From Acidimicrobiia bacterium (GTDB lineage Bacteria > Actinomycetota > Acidimicrobiia > Spongiisociales > ZC4RG35), in NCBI GenBank assembly GCA_035550735.1, contig DASZOM010000026.1, positions 141,459 to 205,458 of the forward strand: a stretch of 64,000 bases of DNA. Direction: 5' to 3'. The position numbers and the translations under genes are program-made. This document shows, in pieces, positions 49,207-60,302 of the stretch. The notes beneath the pieces are model-generated. The model ran no database searches. It saw nothing but the letters and a program-made list of their open reading frames with translations, and was not told the DNA's origin. Numbering within the stretch: position 1 is the stretch's first letter; every line of letters begins with the position of its first letter.

Positions 49207-50160
49207 GTGAGCGAGTCCCCACTGGTCGAGGCCCACGGGCTGACCAAGGCCTACGGCGAGCTGATCGCGGTCGACTCGATCGACCTGGAGGTCAGTCCGG
49301 GGGAGGTGTTCGGCCTGCTCGGCCCGAACGGCGCCGGGAAGACCACCACGGTCCTCATGCTGCTCGGTCTCAGCGAGCCCACTGCGGGCACGGTTCGGGT
49401 TTGCGGGCATGACCCTGCCCGCGACCCGCTCGCCGTGAAGCGCCAGGTCGGGTACATGCCCGACACGGTCGGTTTCTACGAGGCGATGACCGGACGGGAG
49501 AACCTGCGCTACACGGCTTGGCTCAACGAGCTGGACAGCGACGAGACGGAGTCCCGCATCGACCTCCTGCTCGAACAGGTGGGTCTGGGCTATGCCGCCG
49601 ACCGCAGGGTCAAGGAGTACTCCCGAGGCATGCGCCAGCGTCTCGGGCTGGCCGACACCCTGATCAAGGATCCCCTGGTCGTGATCCTCGACGAGCCGAT
49701 GGTCGGCATCGACCCGGAGGGGGTCATCGAGATGCAGGGGCTGATCACCCGGCTGGCACGGGAGCAGGGGAGGGCGGTGATGCTCACCAGTCACATGCTC
49801 CATCAGGTCCAGCAGACGTGTGACCGGATGGCGATATTCGTCGGTGGCAAGGTGATCGCCGAGGGCACCGCCGCCGAGCTCGCCTCCCGGCTCGCCGAGG
49901 GCCAGGCTGCGTATGAGGTGGTGGCCCCGGTCTCCGAGAGCGAGCTGGTCGAGACACTCAACCAGATCTCCCCCGACGCCACCTGCCGGCTGGTGGGCAC
50001 GGATCGTTGGCGGGTCTCGGTGCCGGTCGAGACGGCGCCGGACCTGCTGCCCGCCCTAGTCGCCGCCGGGATCGGGGTCCGCCAGATGCGTGACCTCGGC
50101 TCGGACCTGGACGAGATCTATCACCGCTACTTCAGCGAGGCGCCGGAGGCGGTGGCGTGA
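49207..50160 (+). CDS. ABC transporter ATP-binding protein
   Basis: GTG start 5 nt after the NEW3 stop. Walker [10 protein letters not shown] and the signature YSRGMRQRL are present. Confidence 0.85.
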   Translation: MSESPLVEAHGLTKAYGELIAVDSIDLEVSPGEVFGLLGPNGAGKTTTVLMLLGLSEPTAGTVRVCGHDPARDPLAVKRQVGYMPDTVGFYEAMTGRENLRYTAWLNELDSDETESRIDLLLEQVGLGYAADRRVKEYSRGMRQRLGLADTLIKDPLVVILDEPMVGIDPEGVIEMQGLITRLAREQGRAVMLTSHMLHQVQQTCDRMAIFVGGKVIAEGTAAELASRLAEGQAAYEVVAPVSESELVETLNQISPDATCRLVGTDRWRVSVPVETAPDLLPALVAAGIGVRQMRDLGSDLDEIYHRYFSEAPEAVA

Positions 50161-51140
50161 GCGCGGCTACCACCACGATGGAGGGCTGGACGAGGAGACG
50201 TCCCGGCTGGATGGTGATCGCCCGAAAGGAGTTCACCGACCACATCCTCTCCGGTCGCTTCGTCGCGTTGCTGGTCATCCTCTCCCTGGTGGCGATGGGC
50301 ACGGTTTACACCGCGGCCGGCGCACTGAGAGACGCAGCGCCGCAGACCGCAGGTCTCGAGGGCAACTTCCTCAGGCTGTTCACGGTCTCCGGTGACCTGG
50401 TGCCGTTCTCCTTCCTGACCTTCCTCGGGTTCCTGGCCCCGATCCTGGGGATCGCCTTCGGGTTCGATTCGGTCAACGGCGAACGCGCCCAGGGGACGCT
50501 GCCACGTCTCGTGGCCCAGCCCATCCACCGCGACGACGTCATCAATGGCAAGTTCGCGGCTGGGCTCGGCGTGGTCGGGGTGACGATGACCCTGATCACC
50601 ATCGTCGTCGGCGGTCTCGGGATCTTCCTGCTCGGGATCGTGCCCACCACCACCGAGGTGGTGCGGATCCTGATCTGGCTGGCGGTCGCCATCGTCTTCG
50701 TCGGGGTCTGGCTTGCCATGGCCGTGCTCTGCAGCGTGTGGATGGAGCGGGCGGCGACGTCGGCAACCGTGTCGATCGGGATCTGGCTGATCGTCGCACT
50801 CTTCGGCTCCCTGCTCGCCCAGCTCGCGGCCGACGTCATCTCGCCGGTGAACCCGGCAGAGCCGATGAGCGCGCTGAGCAATGCCGAGACCGAGCTCACG
50901 CTCTCCCGAATGTCGCCGATCGTGCTCTACGGCGAGGCCGCCACCGCACTGCTCAACCCAGGCGTGCGGACACTCGGCTTCGTCACCATCGAGCAGGTGG
51001 ACAGGACCTGGCTCGCCGACCTCGGTCTCGGCCAGAGCCTTCTCCTCGCCTGGCCCCAGCTGGTGGGTCTGATGGCGTTCACCGTGGTCCTCTTCGCGGT
51101 GGCCTACGTCAGGTTCATGCGGCAGGAAGTCCGGGCCTGA
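50157..51140 (+). CDS. ABC-2 family transporter permease
   Basis: 327 aa with 6 TM helices (NosY-like). Its GTG start overlaps the ATPase stop. Confidence 0.7.
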   Translation: MSAATTTMEGWTRRRPGWMVIARKEFTDHILSGRFVALLVILSLVAMGTVYTAAGALRDAAPQTAGLEGNFLRLFTVSGDLVPFSFLTFLGFLAPILGIAFGFDSVNGERAQGTLPRLVAQPIHRDDVINGKFAAGLGVVGVTMTLITIVVGGLGIFLLGIVPTTTEVVRILIWLAVAIVFVGVWLAMAVLCSVWMERAATSATVSIGIWLIVALFGSLLAQLAADVISPVNPAEPMSALSNAETELTLSRMSPIVLYGEAATALLNPGVRTLGFVTIEQVDRTWLADLGLGQSLLLAWPQLVGLMAFTVVLFAVAYVRFMRQEVRA

Positions 51141-51195
51141 TCGGCGGGATCACGACCCTCTAGATATGGCCCGACCGTGATCGTACGGTCGGGCC

Positions 51196-52626
51196 ATGTA
51201 CGCGGCGACCACGTCTGTGGCGCTCGTCGGGGGAGACGTCAGACCGGTCGAGGTCCAGGTCCACGTCGGGCGGCAGAGTGACCAGTTCAAGCTGAGCGGT
51301 CTGCCCGACACGGCGGTCAGGGAGGCCAAGGACCGGGTGCGGGCCGCAGTGGCCTCCTCGGGTCTCGGCTTCCCCAACCGGACCGTCACCGTCAACCTGG
51401 CGCCGGCACACCTGCCCAAGTCGGGCACCGACTTCGACCTGGCGATCGCCCTGGGCGTCCTCGCCGCGGTCAAGGAGATCCCCCGCCCGGACGACGTGGT
51501 GGTCGTCGGCGAGCTGGCCCTGGACGGGTCGGTGCGGAGTGGAGCCGCCAGCATCGGTGCCGCCGTGCTCTCGGCCCGTTCCGGCACACCATGCCTGGTG
51601 GCGGAAAAGTCGGCTCCCGACGTGGCAGGTGTCCCCGGGTCACGGGTCCACGGCGTGGCGACTCTCTCCGAGGCGGTGGCCTTGATCGCCGGCGGGCTCG
51701 ACGGCAGACCCTCGGTCTCGCCCGGGATATCCGTCGAGGAACCTGACGGGGCCGACCTCGGTGAGGTCAGCGGACAGCCATTGGCCCGGCGGGCGATCGA
51801 GGTCGCCGCGGCCGGTGGTCACCATCTCCTCCTCCATGGGCCGCCGGGAGGAGGCAAGACCATGCTCGCCCGCCGCCTCCCCGGGATCCTTCCCCGGCTG
51901 AGCGAGGCGGAGGCGGTCGAGGTCGCCCTGATCCATGCGGCGGCCGGCCACCAACGCGGGCTCAGCTCGATCCGACCGTTCCGGGCGCCACATCACACCG
52001 CATCCCGTGCCGCCCTGGTCGGCGGGGGCTCCGGTGTGGTTGTTCCCGGCGAAGTCAGCCTGGCCCATCGTGGCGTGCTCTTCCTCGACGAGATGGCGGA
52101 GTTCCCCAGAGCCAACCTGGACACCCTGCGCCAGCCCCTCGAGGACGGCCAGGTGACGGTGGCGCGTCGCGGGCTGACCGCGACTTTTCCCTCGCGGTTT
52201 CATCTCGTGGGGGCGACCAACCCCTGCCCATGCGGCTTTCTCGGCGATCGGCGCAAGCCATGTCAATGCCGCCCGGCCGCGGTCACCCGGTATCGCCAGC
52301 GCGTCTCGGGGCCACTGCTCGACCGGTTCGATCTCGTCGTCAAGGTCGATCGTCTCGTCCCCGAGTCCGCGCCCGAGCCGGTGGAGACATCCGCAGTGGT
52401 CCGGGCCCGGGTCGCCGCCGCCTGGGAGGTGCTCGCCGGGCACCGACCGGAGCCGACACCGGGAGCGAGACGGCTCGTCGGCATGGCCCTCGGCTCGGGG
52501 GCCCTGACCGCACGAGGCGCCGACCGGGTCACCAGAGTGGCTACAACCATCGCCGCCCTGGGTGGCGCAGAAGTCGTCGCCGAGGACCACGTCGCCGAGG
52601 CGATGGGGCTAAGGGGCGAATGGTGA
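51196..52626 (+). CDS. comM: YifB/ComM family Mg-chelatase-like AAA+ ATPase
   Basis: A Lon-like N-terminal domain is followed by the AAA+ motif LLLHGPPGGGKTMLA and a C-terminal ChlI-like domain. Confidence 0.85.
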   Translation: MYAATTSVALVGGDVRPVEVQVHVGRQSDQFKLSGLPDTAVREAKDRVRAAVASSGLGFPNRTVTVNLAPAHLPKSGTDFDLAIALGVLAAVKEIPRPDDVVVVGELALDGSVRSGAASIGAAVLSARSGTPCLVAEKSAPDVAGVPGSRVHGVATLSEAVALIAGGLDGRPSVSPGISVEEPDGADLGEVSGQPLARRAIEVAAAGGHHLLLHGPPGGGKTMLARRLPGILPRLSEAEAVEVALIHAAAGHQRGLSSIRPFRAPHHTASRAALVGGGSGVVVPGEVSLAHRGVLFLDEMAEFPRANLDTLRQPLEDGQVTVARRGLTATFPSRFHLVGATNPCPCGFLGDRRKPCQCRPAAVTRYRQRVSGPLLDRFDLVVKVDRLVPESAPEPVETSAVVRARVAAAWEVLAGHRPEPTPGARRLVGMALGSGALTARGADRVTRVATTIAALGGAEVVAEDHVAEAMGLRGEW

Positions 52627-53444
52627 CGGCGCCGACACGGATCGAGCCTGCCTCTGCCGGCTACCCGGTCGGGCTCAACGACCTCGAGGAGCCGCCGTCG
52701 CTGTGGGCGTTGGGCAAGTTGAGCACCCGGCCCGGGGTCGCCGTGGTCGGGACTCGTCGCAGCACCAGATACGGCGTCGCCCTGGCCGAGGCTTTCGGCT
52801 CGGTGCTGGCTCGGGCAGGGTGGACGACGGTGAGCGGGCTCGCCCGTGGCATCGACACCGCGGCGCACCGGGGGGCACTACGGCTCTCGGGTCATGCGGT
52901 GGCCGTCCTCGGCTCCGGCATCGACGTCTGCTACCCGGTGGAGAACAAGACTCTCTATCAGGAGATCCTGGACACCGGCGGGTCGATCCTCTCCGAGTAC
53001 CCGCCGGGGACACCACCCGATCGCTGGCGCTTCCCGGCACGCAACCGGATCATCGCCGCGATCTCCACGGCGGTGGTGGTGGTCGAGGCGGCCGTCACCG
53101 GCGGAGCGCTGATCACGGCGCGGGTCGCCGCCGAGATGGGGCGGCCGGTCTTCGTCGTGCCCGGTGACGTCGACCGCGAGATGTCGGAGGGCTGCAATCG
53201 TCTCATCAAGGACGGCGCCCACCCGGTGCTGGGCGCCGGCGATCTCATCGAGGAGTTGACGGTCGTCATCGGGCCTCCAGCGCCGGTCACCGACGCCTCA
53301 CACGGCATCCCGGCGTCAGGCGTGACCGTGGCCGACCTGCCCGGCATCTGGTCGCTCACCGTGACCGAGTCCCTGATCAAGCTGGGTCGTCTCGAGGCCG
53401 AGGGCAAGGTCCGCCGGCTCGGCGACCATGTGCTCCCGGTCTGA
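52620..53444 (+). CDS. dprA: DNA-processing protein A (Rossmann-fold DprA/Smf)
   Basis: Internal ATG overlapping the comM stop. VVGTRRSTRYG and the GIDTAAHRGAL motif are present. Confidence 0.8.
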   Translation: MVTAPTRIEPASAGYPVGLNDLEEPPSLWALGKLSTRPGVAVVGTRRSTRYGVALAEAFGSVLARAGWTTVSGLARGIDTAAHRGALRLSGHAVAVLGSGIDVCYPVENKTLYQEILDTGGSILSEYPPGTPPDRWRFPARNRIIAAISTAVVVVEAAVTGGALITARVAAEMGRPVFVVPGDVDREMSEGCNRLIKDGAHPVLGAGDLIEELTVVIGPPAPVTDASHGIPASGVTVADLPGIWSLTVTESLIKLGRLEAEGKVRRLGDHVLPV

Positions 53445-53486
53445 AGTTCCTGGACCAACCGGCATCGGCAAATAGCATCAGATGCC

Positions 53487-54374
53487 GTGGAGACGCCGAA
53501 AACACCGGAATTCGCCGCGGAATCGGTCACCCGGTACCTGGAGAGGCTGACGGAGCAACGGGGATTGTCCGGCCATACCGTCGACGCATATCGGCGCGAC
53601 CTCGCCCAGTTCTTCGACTACTGCTCCCGCTCCGGCATCGCTTCGATCGACTCGGTCGACCGTCGAACCGCCCGACGGTTCCTGGCATTTCTCGACACTC
53701 TCGGGTACTCGCGGAGCACCGTGGCCCGGAAGGCGTCGTCGGTCCGGGCCTTCTTCGGCTACGCCGTGCTTCGCGGGCTCGTCGGTCACAATCCCTTCCA
53801 CGGGGTCTCCAGCCCGCGCCGCGACCGGTCTCTTCCCCACGCCATCCCCTCCCGGGCCGTGGCGGCGGCGATCGATGGCATCGACACCTCCGAGCCGACG
53901 GGCATGCGGGACAAGGCGATCGTGGAGACCCTCTACGCCACCGGTCTGCGTGTGTCCGAGCTGGCCTCGCTGACGGTGCGTGATGTCACCGGGGACACCG
54001 TGACCGTCACCGGCAAGGGCGGGAAGAGACGCATGGTCCCCTTGGGCCGGCCCGCACAGCGCGCCATAAGCCTCTATCTCGCCGAAGGACGGCCCCGTCT
54101 CGCCGGCGCCGATGCGGGCACCGCGCTCTGGGTCGGGTCGCGGGGATCGGAGATGGGTCCCAGGAGCCTGCGTCGGGCGGTGGCCCGACACGTCGCCACC
54201 TTCCCCCACGCCCTGAGGCACAGCTTCGCCACCCATCTCCTCGAGGGTGGGGCCGATCTGCGAACGGTTCAGGACCTGTTGGGACACACCGATCTGGCAA
54301 CCACACAGATCTACACTGCCGTGACCCGCAAGCACTTGAGAGGGATGTATGACCAAAGCCACCCCAGAGCCTGA
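53487..54374 (+). CDS. xerC: Tyrosine recombinase XerC
   Basis: The N-terminal SAM-like domain and the catalytic [24 protein letters not shown]...Y motif are present. Confidence 0.85.
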   Translation: METPKTPEFAAESVTRYLERLTEQRGLSGHTVDAYRRDLAQFFDYCSRSGIASIDSVDRRTARRFLAFLDTLGYSRSTVARKASSVRAFFGYAVLRGLVGHNPFHGVSSPRRDRSLPHAIPSRAVAAAIDGIDTSEPTGMRDKAIVETLYATGLRVSELASLTVRDVTGDTVTVTGKGGKRRMVPLGRPAQRAISLYLAEGRPRLAGADAGTALWVGSRGSEMGPRSLRRAVARHVATFPHALRHSFATHLLEGGADLRTVQDLLGHTDLATTQIYTAVTRKHLRGMYDQSHPRA

Positions 54375-55128
54375 GGCTTCTCAGCTCGAGGGGCTTTGGG
54401 AGCGCTTCAAGGCCACCGGCGACGGAGATGCCCGGGAACGGCTGATCTTGCACTACTCCCCGCTGGTCAAGTACGTAGCGGGTCGTGTCGGCACCGGGCT
54501 GCCTCGCTCCGTCGACCAGAACGACCTCGCCTCCTATGGACTCTTCGGCCTGATCGACGCCATCGACAAGTTCGACCTGGAGCGTGGCTTCAAGTTCGAG
54601 ACCTATGCCATCAACCGGATCAAGGGGGCGATCCTCGACGAGTTGCGCGCCCTCGACTGGGTGCCCCGCTCGGTGCGCTCCCGTGCTCGTCGCATCGAGA
54701 CCTCCATCGCCGAGTTGGAGCACAAGCTGCAGCGGCCCCCAACCGAGGACGAGATCGCAGCCGACCTGGAGATGGACATCGAGGAGTTCCGTGATGCACT
54801 GGCCCAGATCGGCCGGTCGGGCATCTCGGCGCTGGACGAGTTCGTCTCCAACGACTCGGCGACGTCGATGGGGGAGATGATCGCCGACCCGCGCGGGGTG
54901 TCACCGGAGAGCGAGTTCCAGGCTGAGGAAACCCGACGCTCGCTGTTCGACGCCATCAACCGGCTTCCCAGCAGGGAGCGTCTCGTGGTCACCCTCTACT
55001 ACTACGAGGGGATGACCCTCGCCGAGATCGGCGACGTGCTCGGGGTGACCGAGTCCCGGGTCTGTCAGATCCACGCCAAGACGATGATGTCGTTGCGCAA
55101 CCGTCTCGGCGACCCTGCCTGGGGCTAG
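54349..55128 (+). CDS. FliA/WhiG-type RNA polymerase sigma factor
   Basis: Sigma-70 regions 2-4 are present ([18 protein letters not shown]...; [21 protein letters not shown]). It follows xerC as whiG does in actinobacteria and overlaps xerC by 26 nt. Confidence 0.8.
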   Translation: MTKATPEPEASQLEGLWERFKATGDGDARERLILHYSPLVKYVAGRVGTGLPRSVDQNDLASYGLFGLIDAIDKFDLERGFKFETYAINRIKGAILDELRALDWVPRSVRSRARRIETSIAELEHKLQRPPTEDEIAADLEMDIEEFRDALAQIGRSGISALDEFVSNDSATSMGEMIADPRGVSPESEFQAEETRRSLFDAINRLPSRERLVVTLYYYEGMTLAEIGDVLGVTESRVCQIHAKTMMSLRNRLGDPAWG

Positions 55129-55133
55129 CCGGT

Positions 55134-56234
55134 CTATCCGCCACCAGGGCTCCGCAACATCATCAGGGCATGCTCGAGCTCGATGCGGGCGTCGGGCGCG
55201 GTCTCGGTGGCGTACCGCTCACGCAAGGGGGTCCAGGCTTCGATCCCGATAGACCTGGCCAGCGCCCAGAAGGCATGACCCCGCACCAGCGAGGAGCGAT
55301 GATCGAAGTGGTCGAGGATCGGTCCCACTGCCCCGGGCTCTTCCGAGTTGGCAGCGGCCACCAGGAGGTTGCGACGGAGGAACCGCGGGTCGCGATGGGG
55401 CACGTAGAACCATTCGAACCGGGAGACCAGGTCGTCGTCGCCCAATGAGAGCAGAGTGGCGAAGTCGAGCTCGGCCGGCTGCGCAGGGGATCTGCGCATT
55501 GCCGGCCATCCCGGCGGGCACGAGGTGAGACAGTCGTCGCAGCCATAGACCCGCCGCTCGACGAGGGGCCTGACCCAGCGGGGGATCGATCCGCCCGATT
55601 GCAGCCAAGTGGAGATGCACAGTCGGGCGTCGAGCCCCTGCGGTGTGATCGCTCCGGTCGGGCATGCGGGCATGCATGCCGTGCAGGTCCCACAGGTGCG
55701 ACGCATCGGCGGGGAAGGCTCCAACTGGAGGTCGGTCGCAACCGAGCCGAGCAGCAGCCAGGGGCCATGACCGGGGGCGAGGACCATGGTGGAGCGTCCG
55801 ATCCAACCCAGGCCCGCCCGCACCGCGGCGGCCCGGTCGAGCAGGCGATTGTCGTCCACCAGCACGCCGAACCTCCCACCATGCCGCTCGATCTCGGCAC
55901 CGACCGCGGAGAGGACCTCACGGACGCGCCGGTAGTGGTCGTCGGTGGCGAAGCGGGCCAGCACCCCACCCTGGCCTGCCGGGGGCGGGGCGTTCGTGAC
56001 GTAGCTGCAGCCCACCACGACAAGGCTCCTTGCCCACGGGAACGTGCGTCTGACATCACTGGCGGTCTCGGGGTCGTCGAACGTGAAGTGGAGCGGCCCC
56101 GCCATCCCGGCACCCTTGCGGATGAGGAGCTCCTCCCTGGCCTCGGAGAACGACGCGGCCGTGGTCACCCCCACCTCGTCAGCACCGGCGGCCGCCGCGA
56201 CCCGTGTGATCGAGGTCGTCAGCGTGGCGGTCAT
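55134..56234 (-). CDS. queG: Epoxyqueuosine reductase
   Basis: Start at an internal ATG. Two 4Fe-4S clusters ([12 protein letters not shown] and CDDCLTSCP) and a C-terminal HEAT-like region match QueG architecture. Confidence 0.7.
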   Translation of the reverse strand: MTATLTTSITRVAAAAGADEVGVTTAASFSEAREELLIRKGAGMAGPLHFTFDDPETASDVRRTFPWARSLVVVGCSYVTNAPPPAGQGGVLARFATDDHYRRVREVLSAVGAEIERHGGRFGVLVDDNRLLDRAAAVRAGLGWIGRSTMVLAPGHGPWLLLGSVATDLQLEPSPPMRRTCGTCTACMPACPTGAITPQGLDARLCISTWLQSGGSIPRWVRPLVERRVYGCDDCLTSCPPGWPAMRRSPAQPAELDFATLLSLGDDDLVSRFEWFYVPHRDPRFLRRNLLVAAANSEEPGAVGPILDHFDHRSSLVRGHAFWALARSIGIEAWTPLRERYATETAPDARIELEHALMMLRSPGGG

Positions 56235-56413
56235 GTCCTCACGAGTCTGCCATCTACCCCGATTACCCAATAGAGAGTTGGCTCCTTAGACTCGGCTCAT
56301 CACGCACGCCCGCCAACCCCTCACTGGTCGAGCCCAGCTCGAGAGAGGGCCGCAGCCGAAGGCAGCGGGGGTCAGACCCACCGGGCGGAGGTAACAACCA
56401 GAAAGGAGCAGCT

Positions 56414-57193
56414 GTGGCCGAGGTCACAATGAAGCAGCTCTTGGAGGCCGGCGTCCACTTTGGCCATCAGACCAGACGCTGGAACCCCAAGATGCGGCCA
56501 TACATCTACGGTGAGCGGAACGGGATCCACATCGTCGATCTTCGTCAGACCGTCACCCAGGTGGCGGAGGCGATGGAGTTCGTCAAGCAGATCGCCATCG
56601 ACGGCGGTTCGGTCCTCTTCGTCGGCACCAAGAAGCAGGCACAGAGCGCGGTGGCGGACGCCGCCAATCGCGCCGGCCAGCCGTATGTCAACTACCGCTG
56701 GCTCGGTGGGATGCTCACCAACTTCTCGACCATCCAGAAGCGGGTCTACTACATGCGCGAGCTCCGGCGTCTCGAGGACACCGGTGAGATGAACAACCGG
56801 CCCAAGAAGGAGCGCCTCAAGCTCCGCCACGAGCTGGAGAAGCTGGAGCAGAACCTCGGGGGTGTCGCCGGCATGACCCGTCTCCCCGACGCGGTCTTCA
56901 TCGTCGACGTCAACACCGAGGCCACCGCGGTCAAGGAGGCCGACCGTCTCGGGATCCCCGTCATCGCACTGGTGGACACCAACTCCGACCCCGACGCCGT
57001 CGACTACGTGATACCGGGCAACGACGACGCCATCCGTGCCGCCGACCTGATCGCCGGCGCCCTCGCCGACGCCATGGTCGAGGGGAACGAGATCGCCGCG
57101 AAGCGACCGCCCAACGAGGCCAAGGACACCAAGACGGAGGGTGCCTCCGAAGTGGAGGAGACCGCCGCCGCCGGGGCCGTTGCAGGGGAGTGA
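56414..57193 (+). CDS. rpsB: 30S ribosomal protein S2
   Basis: GTG start with an [37 protein letters not shown] is the S2 N-terminus. Confidence 0.9.
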   Translation: MAEVTMKQLLEAGVHFGHQTRRWNPKMRPYIYGERNGIHIVDLRQTVTQVAEAMEFVKQIAIDGGSVLFVGTKKQAQSAVADAANRAGQPYVNYRWLGGMLTNFSTIQKRVYYMRELRRLEDTGEMNNRPKKERLKLRHELEKLEQNLGGVAGMTRLPDAVFIVDVNTEATAVKEADRLGIPVIALVDTNSDPDAVDYVIPGNDDAIRAADLIAGALADAMVEGNEIAAKRPPNEAKDTKTEGASEVEETAAAGAVAGE

Positions 57194-57201
57194 CCGGCGT
57201 C

Positions 57202-57813
57202 ATGAGCGAGATCACCGCCAAGGACATCCAAAAGCTCCGCCAGGAGGCGGGGGTGGGGATGATGGACGCCAAGCAGGCGCTCACCGACGCCTCCGGGGAC
57301 TTCGAGAAGGCCTTCGAGCTGCTGCGCGAGCGCGGCCAGGCCAAGATGGCGAAGCGAGCCGATCGGGAGGCCACGGAGGGCGCCATCGGCAGCTACACCC
57401 ACATCCAGAACGAGCGCCCCGTCATCGGGGTCCTGGTGGAGCTGTCCTGTGAGACCGACTTCGTGGCGAAGAGCGAGGAATTCCGTCGCACCGCCGACGA
57501 CATCGCACTCCATGTGAGCTGGTCGAGCCCGCAATGGGTGACCAGGGACGAAGTCGACCTGGACGCCCTGGCCAAGGAGAAGGAGCTGATCGCCCGTCAG
57601 GCCGTCGCCGAGGGCAAGCCCGAGGACGTGGTGGGGAAGATCGTCGCCGGCCGCATCGAGGCCTGGTACGCCGAGAACGTCCTCTACGACCAGAAATTCG
57701 TCAACCCGGAGCGCTTCGACGGCACCGTGGGCGATATGGTCGCGGCACTCGCCTCGAAGATGGGTGAGAACATCTCGGTTCGGCGGGTGGCGCGGCTCGC
57801 CGTAGGCGCATAG
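57202..57813 (+). CDS. tsf: Elongation factor Ts (short form)
   Basis: [27 protein letters not shown]. About 204 aa, like the short EF-Ts type. Confidence 0.85.
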   Translation: MSEITAKDIQKLRQEAGVGMMDAKQALTDASGDFEKAFELLRERGQAKMAKRADREATEGAIGSYTHIQNERPVIGVLVELSCETDFVAKSEEFRRTADDIALHVSWSSPQWVTRDEVDLDALAKEKELIARQAVAEGKPEDVVGKIVAGRIEAWYAENVLYDQKFVNPERFDGTVGDMVAALASKMGENISVRRVARLAVGA

Positions 57814-57821
57814 GAGCCCAG

Positions 57822-58538
57822 TTGACAGAGTCAGCCAAGCGGCGGGTCCTCCTCAAACTCTCCGGGGAGGCCTTCGCCGACCCCACGGTGGGCTATGGCA
57901 TCGATCCGGCCACGGTGAAGCGCGTCGCCGAGGAGATCGCCGAGGCCCAGCGCACCGGGATCGAGGTCGCCGTCGTCGTCGGAGGCGGCAACATCTTCCG
58001 TGGCGTGTCCCAGGCAGCCAAGGGCATGGACGCGGCGACCGCCGACTACATGGGCATGCTGGCCACGGTGATCAACGCCCTCGCCCTGCGTGACTCGCTC
58101 GAGAATGTGGGCGTGACGACGCGGGTGCAGAGTGCGATCACCATGCAGGAGCTTGCCGAGCCCTACATCCGGCTTCGGGCGATCCGGCACCTGGAGAAGG
58201 GGCGGGTGGTGATATTCGCCGCCGGCACCGGCAATCCATTCTTCACGACCGACACCACCGCGGCGCTGCGGGCGATCGAGATCGGAGCCGACGCCCTGCT
58301 CAAGGCGTCGAAGGTCGACGGGATCTACGACTCGGACCCCAAGACCAACGCCAAGGCCGAGAAGCTCAGCGAGCTCTCGTACATGGATTTCATCTCCGGT
58401 GAACTCCAGGTCATGGACACCACCGCCGTTACGATGTGCAAGGAGCATCAGGTTCCCATCCATGTCTTCGACATGACGGTCCCGGGGAACATCGTCAAAG
58501 CCGTTCAGGGCGATCGGATCGGTACCGTCGTCCACTGA
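57822..58538 (+). CDS. pyrH: UMP kinase
   Basis: TTG start. [10 protein letters not shown]...[11 protein letters not shown] is the AAK-fold UMPK signature. Confidence 0.9.
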   Translation: MTESAKRRVLLKLSGEAFADPTVGYGIDPATVKRVAEEIAEAQRTGIEVAVVVGGGNIFRGVSQAAKGMDAATADYMGMLATVINALALRDSLENVGVTTRVQSAITMQELAEPYIRLRAIRHLEKGRVVIFAAGTGNPFFTTDTTAALRAIEIGADALLKASKVDGIYDSDPKTNAKAEKLSELSYMDFISGELQVMDTTAVTMCKEHQVPIHVFDMTVPGNIVKAVQGDRIGTVVH

Positions 58539-58547
58539 GGAGGCCCC

Positions 58548-59099
58548 ATGATCAGCGACCTGTTGACCGAAGCCGAGCAGAAGATGCAGGCTGCGGTCGA
58601 GCATGTCGTCTCTGAGTTCTCCACGGTCAGAACCGGCCGGGCCAACCCCCAGCTGCTCCACCGGATCAGCGTCGAGTACTACGGCAGCCCAACCCCGCTC
58701 CAGCAGCTCGCATCGATCTCGGTGCCCGAGCCCCGTCTGCTGGTGGTGCACCCGTTCGACAAGAGCACGGTCAACGACGTCGAGAAGGCCATCCAGCAAT
58801 CCGACCTCGGCCTCAACCCCACCAACGACGGCTCGGTGGTGCGGATCGCCTTCCCGCCGCTCACCGAGGAGCGGCGCAAGGACCTGATCAAGCTGGTCCG
58901 GCACATGGCCGAGGAGGCCCGGGTGGCAGTGCGCAATGTGCGCCGGCACTCCAAGTCGGAGATGGAGGAATTGCACGGCGAGATCTCCGATGACGACATC
59001 CGACGTGGCGAGGATGAGCTGCAAAAGCTCACCGATCGGCACATCGAGCAGGTCGACAAGCTCCTCGTCAACAAAGAAGAAGAGCTCCTAGAGGTCTGA
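58548..59099 (+). CDS. frr: Ribosome recycling factor
   Basis: 183 aa. RTGRANPQLLHRISVEYYG is the RRF signature. Confidence 0.9.
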   Translation: MISDLLTEAEQKMQAAVEHVVSEFSTVRTGRANPQLLHRISVEYYGSPTPLQQLASISVPEPRLLVVHPFDKSTVNDVEKAIQQSDLGLNPTNDGSVVRIAFPPLTEERRKDLIKLVRHMAEEARVAVRNVRRHSKSEMEELHGEISDDDIRRGEDELQKLTDRHIEQVDKLLVNKEEELLEV

Positions 59100-60302
59100 G
59101 TGCCGGAACGAGATCGACCCCGCGACGAGGACATCGACGAGGAGACGCCGGTCACCGGCGAGCTTCCTTTCTCCGCCGACAACGGCGACGACGAAGCCCC
59201 CGATGAGCCCGAGCCGGCTCGGGATGCGATCGAGGTCGACGACGGGACACCCGACTGGGAGGCGATGGCGAAGGGCCCTTCCCGTCTCGACGACTACACG
59301 GATGAGGAGTACCTGAAGGGCACGACCCAGGAGTACCAGGGTCTCGCCGAGGAGGTGCGGCGGGCGGCCACCGAGGAGTGGGAGTTGCAGGCCGTGGCGG
59401 CGAGCCTCCCTGGTGTGGAGTCGGGCCTGGTCGGCTTTGGCGACGTGTCCGGGACCGAGTCGGAGCCGGAGGAGTCCTACGAGGCGGCCGAGCAGGCAGC
59501 CACCTCTGATCTGGCGATGAGGGCGGGCTCCGCACTGGTCGTCTTCGGGCTGTTCCTCGGATCGCTGATCCTGGGAGGTTGGTGGTTCAGCGCCTTCGTC
59601 ATCTTGCTCATGATCGTGGCCGCCGGTGAGTTCTTCGCCACGCTGCGCACCCGCGGCTACCGGCCGGTGGCGCTGTTCGGCCTGCTCGGAGTGGTGCTCA
59701 TGGGTCTGGGCGCCCACAACGTCGGGCCACTGGCGATCGGGGGGTGGGCGGCGGCGATGACCGTCCTCACAGTGCTCTTCTTCTCGCTCTCACCGCGTCG
59801 CAACGCCCTGGCCAACGTGGCAGTCACCGTGCTGGGGATGGGTTGGGTCGGGATGCTTGCCTTCGCCATCCTCATCGCGGCTGGGCCACAGCCGGTCGCC
59901 CACATCTTCTTCGTGGCGATCGTGGTCGCCGGAAACGACATCGGCGCCTACTTCGTGGGACGCGGCTTCGGCCGTCGTTCCCTGGCGCCTCATGTCTCCC
60001 CGAAGAAGACCGTCGAGGGCCTCATCGGCGGTCTCCTCGTCGGAGGTGTCGCCGCCTCGGTCCTGGCCGTCTTCCCACCCTGGCAATCGCTCGGCATCAC
60101 CAGGGCATTGGTCGCCGCGGCGATCATCGGTGTCACCACGCCCATCGGCGACCTCGCCGAGTCGATGATCAAGCGGGCCCTCGAGGTCAAGGACATGGGC
60201 TCGGTCCTCCCCGGTCACGGCGGGATGCTCGACCGGATCGACAGCTTCCTGTTCGCGGTCCCCGCGATCTACCTGCTGTTCCGGGGTTTCGGGCTGCTGT
60301 GA
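59100..60302 (+). CDS. cdsA: Phosphatidate cytidylyltransferase with an N-terminal acidic extension of about 130 aa
   Basis: GTG start. A C-terminal CTP-transferase core of about 270 aa with multiple TM helices ends ...GHGGMLDRIDSFLFAVPAIYLLF. The N-terminal third is D/E-rich and likely disordered. Confidence 0.8.
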   Translation: MPERDRPRDEDIDEETPVTGELPFSADNGDDEAPDEPEPARDAIEVDDGTPDWEAMAKGPSRLDDYTDEEYLKGTTQEYQGLAEEVRRAATEEWELQAVAASLPGVESGLVGFGDVSGTESEPEESYEAAEQAATSDLAMRAGSALVVFGLFLGSLILGGWWFSAFVILLMIVAAGEFFATLRTRGYRPVALFGLLGVVLMGLGAHNVGPLAIGGWAAAMTVLTVLFFSLSPRRNALANVAVTVLGMGWVGMLAFAILIAAGPQPVAHIFFVAIVVAGNDIGAYFVGRGFGRRSLAPHVSPKKTVEGLIGGLLVGGVAASVLAVFPPWQSLGITRALVAAAIIGVTTPIGDLAESMIKRALEVKDMGSVLPGHGGMLDRIDSFLFAVPAIYLLFRGFGLL

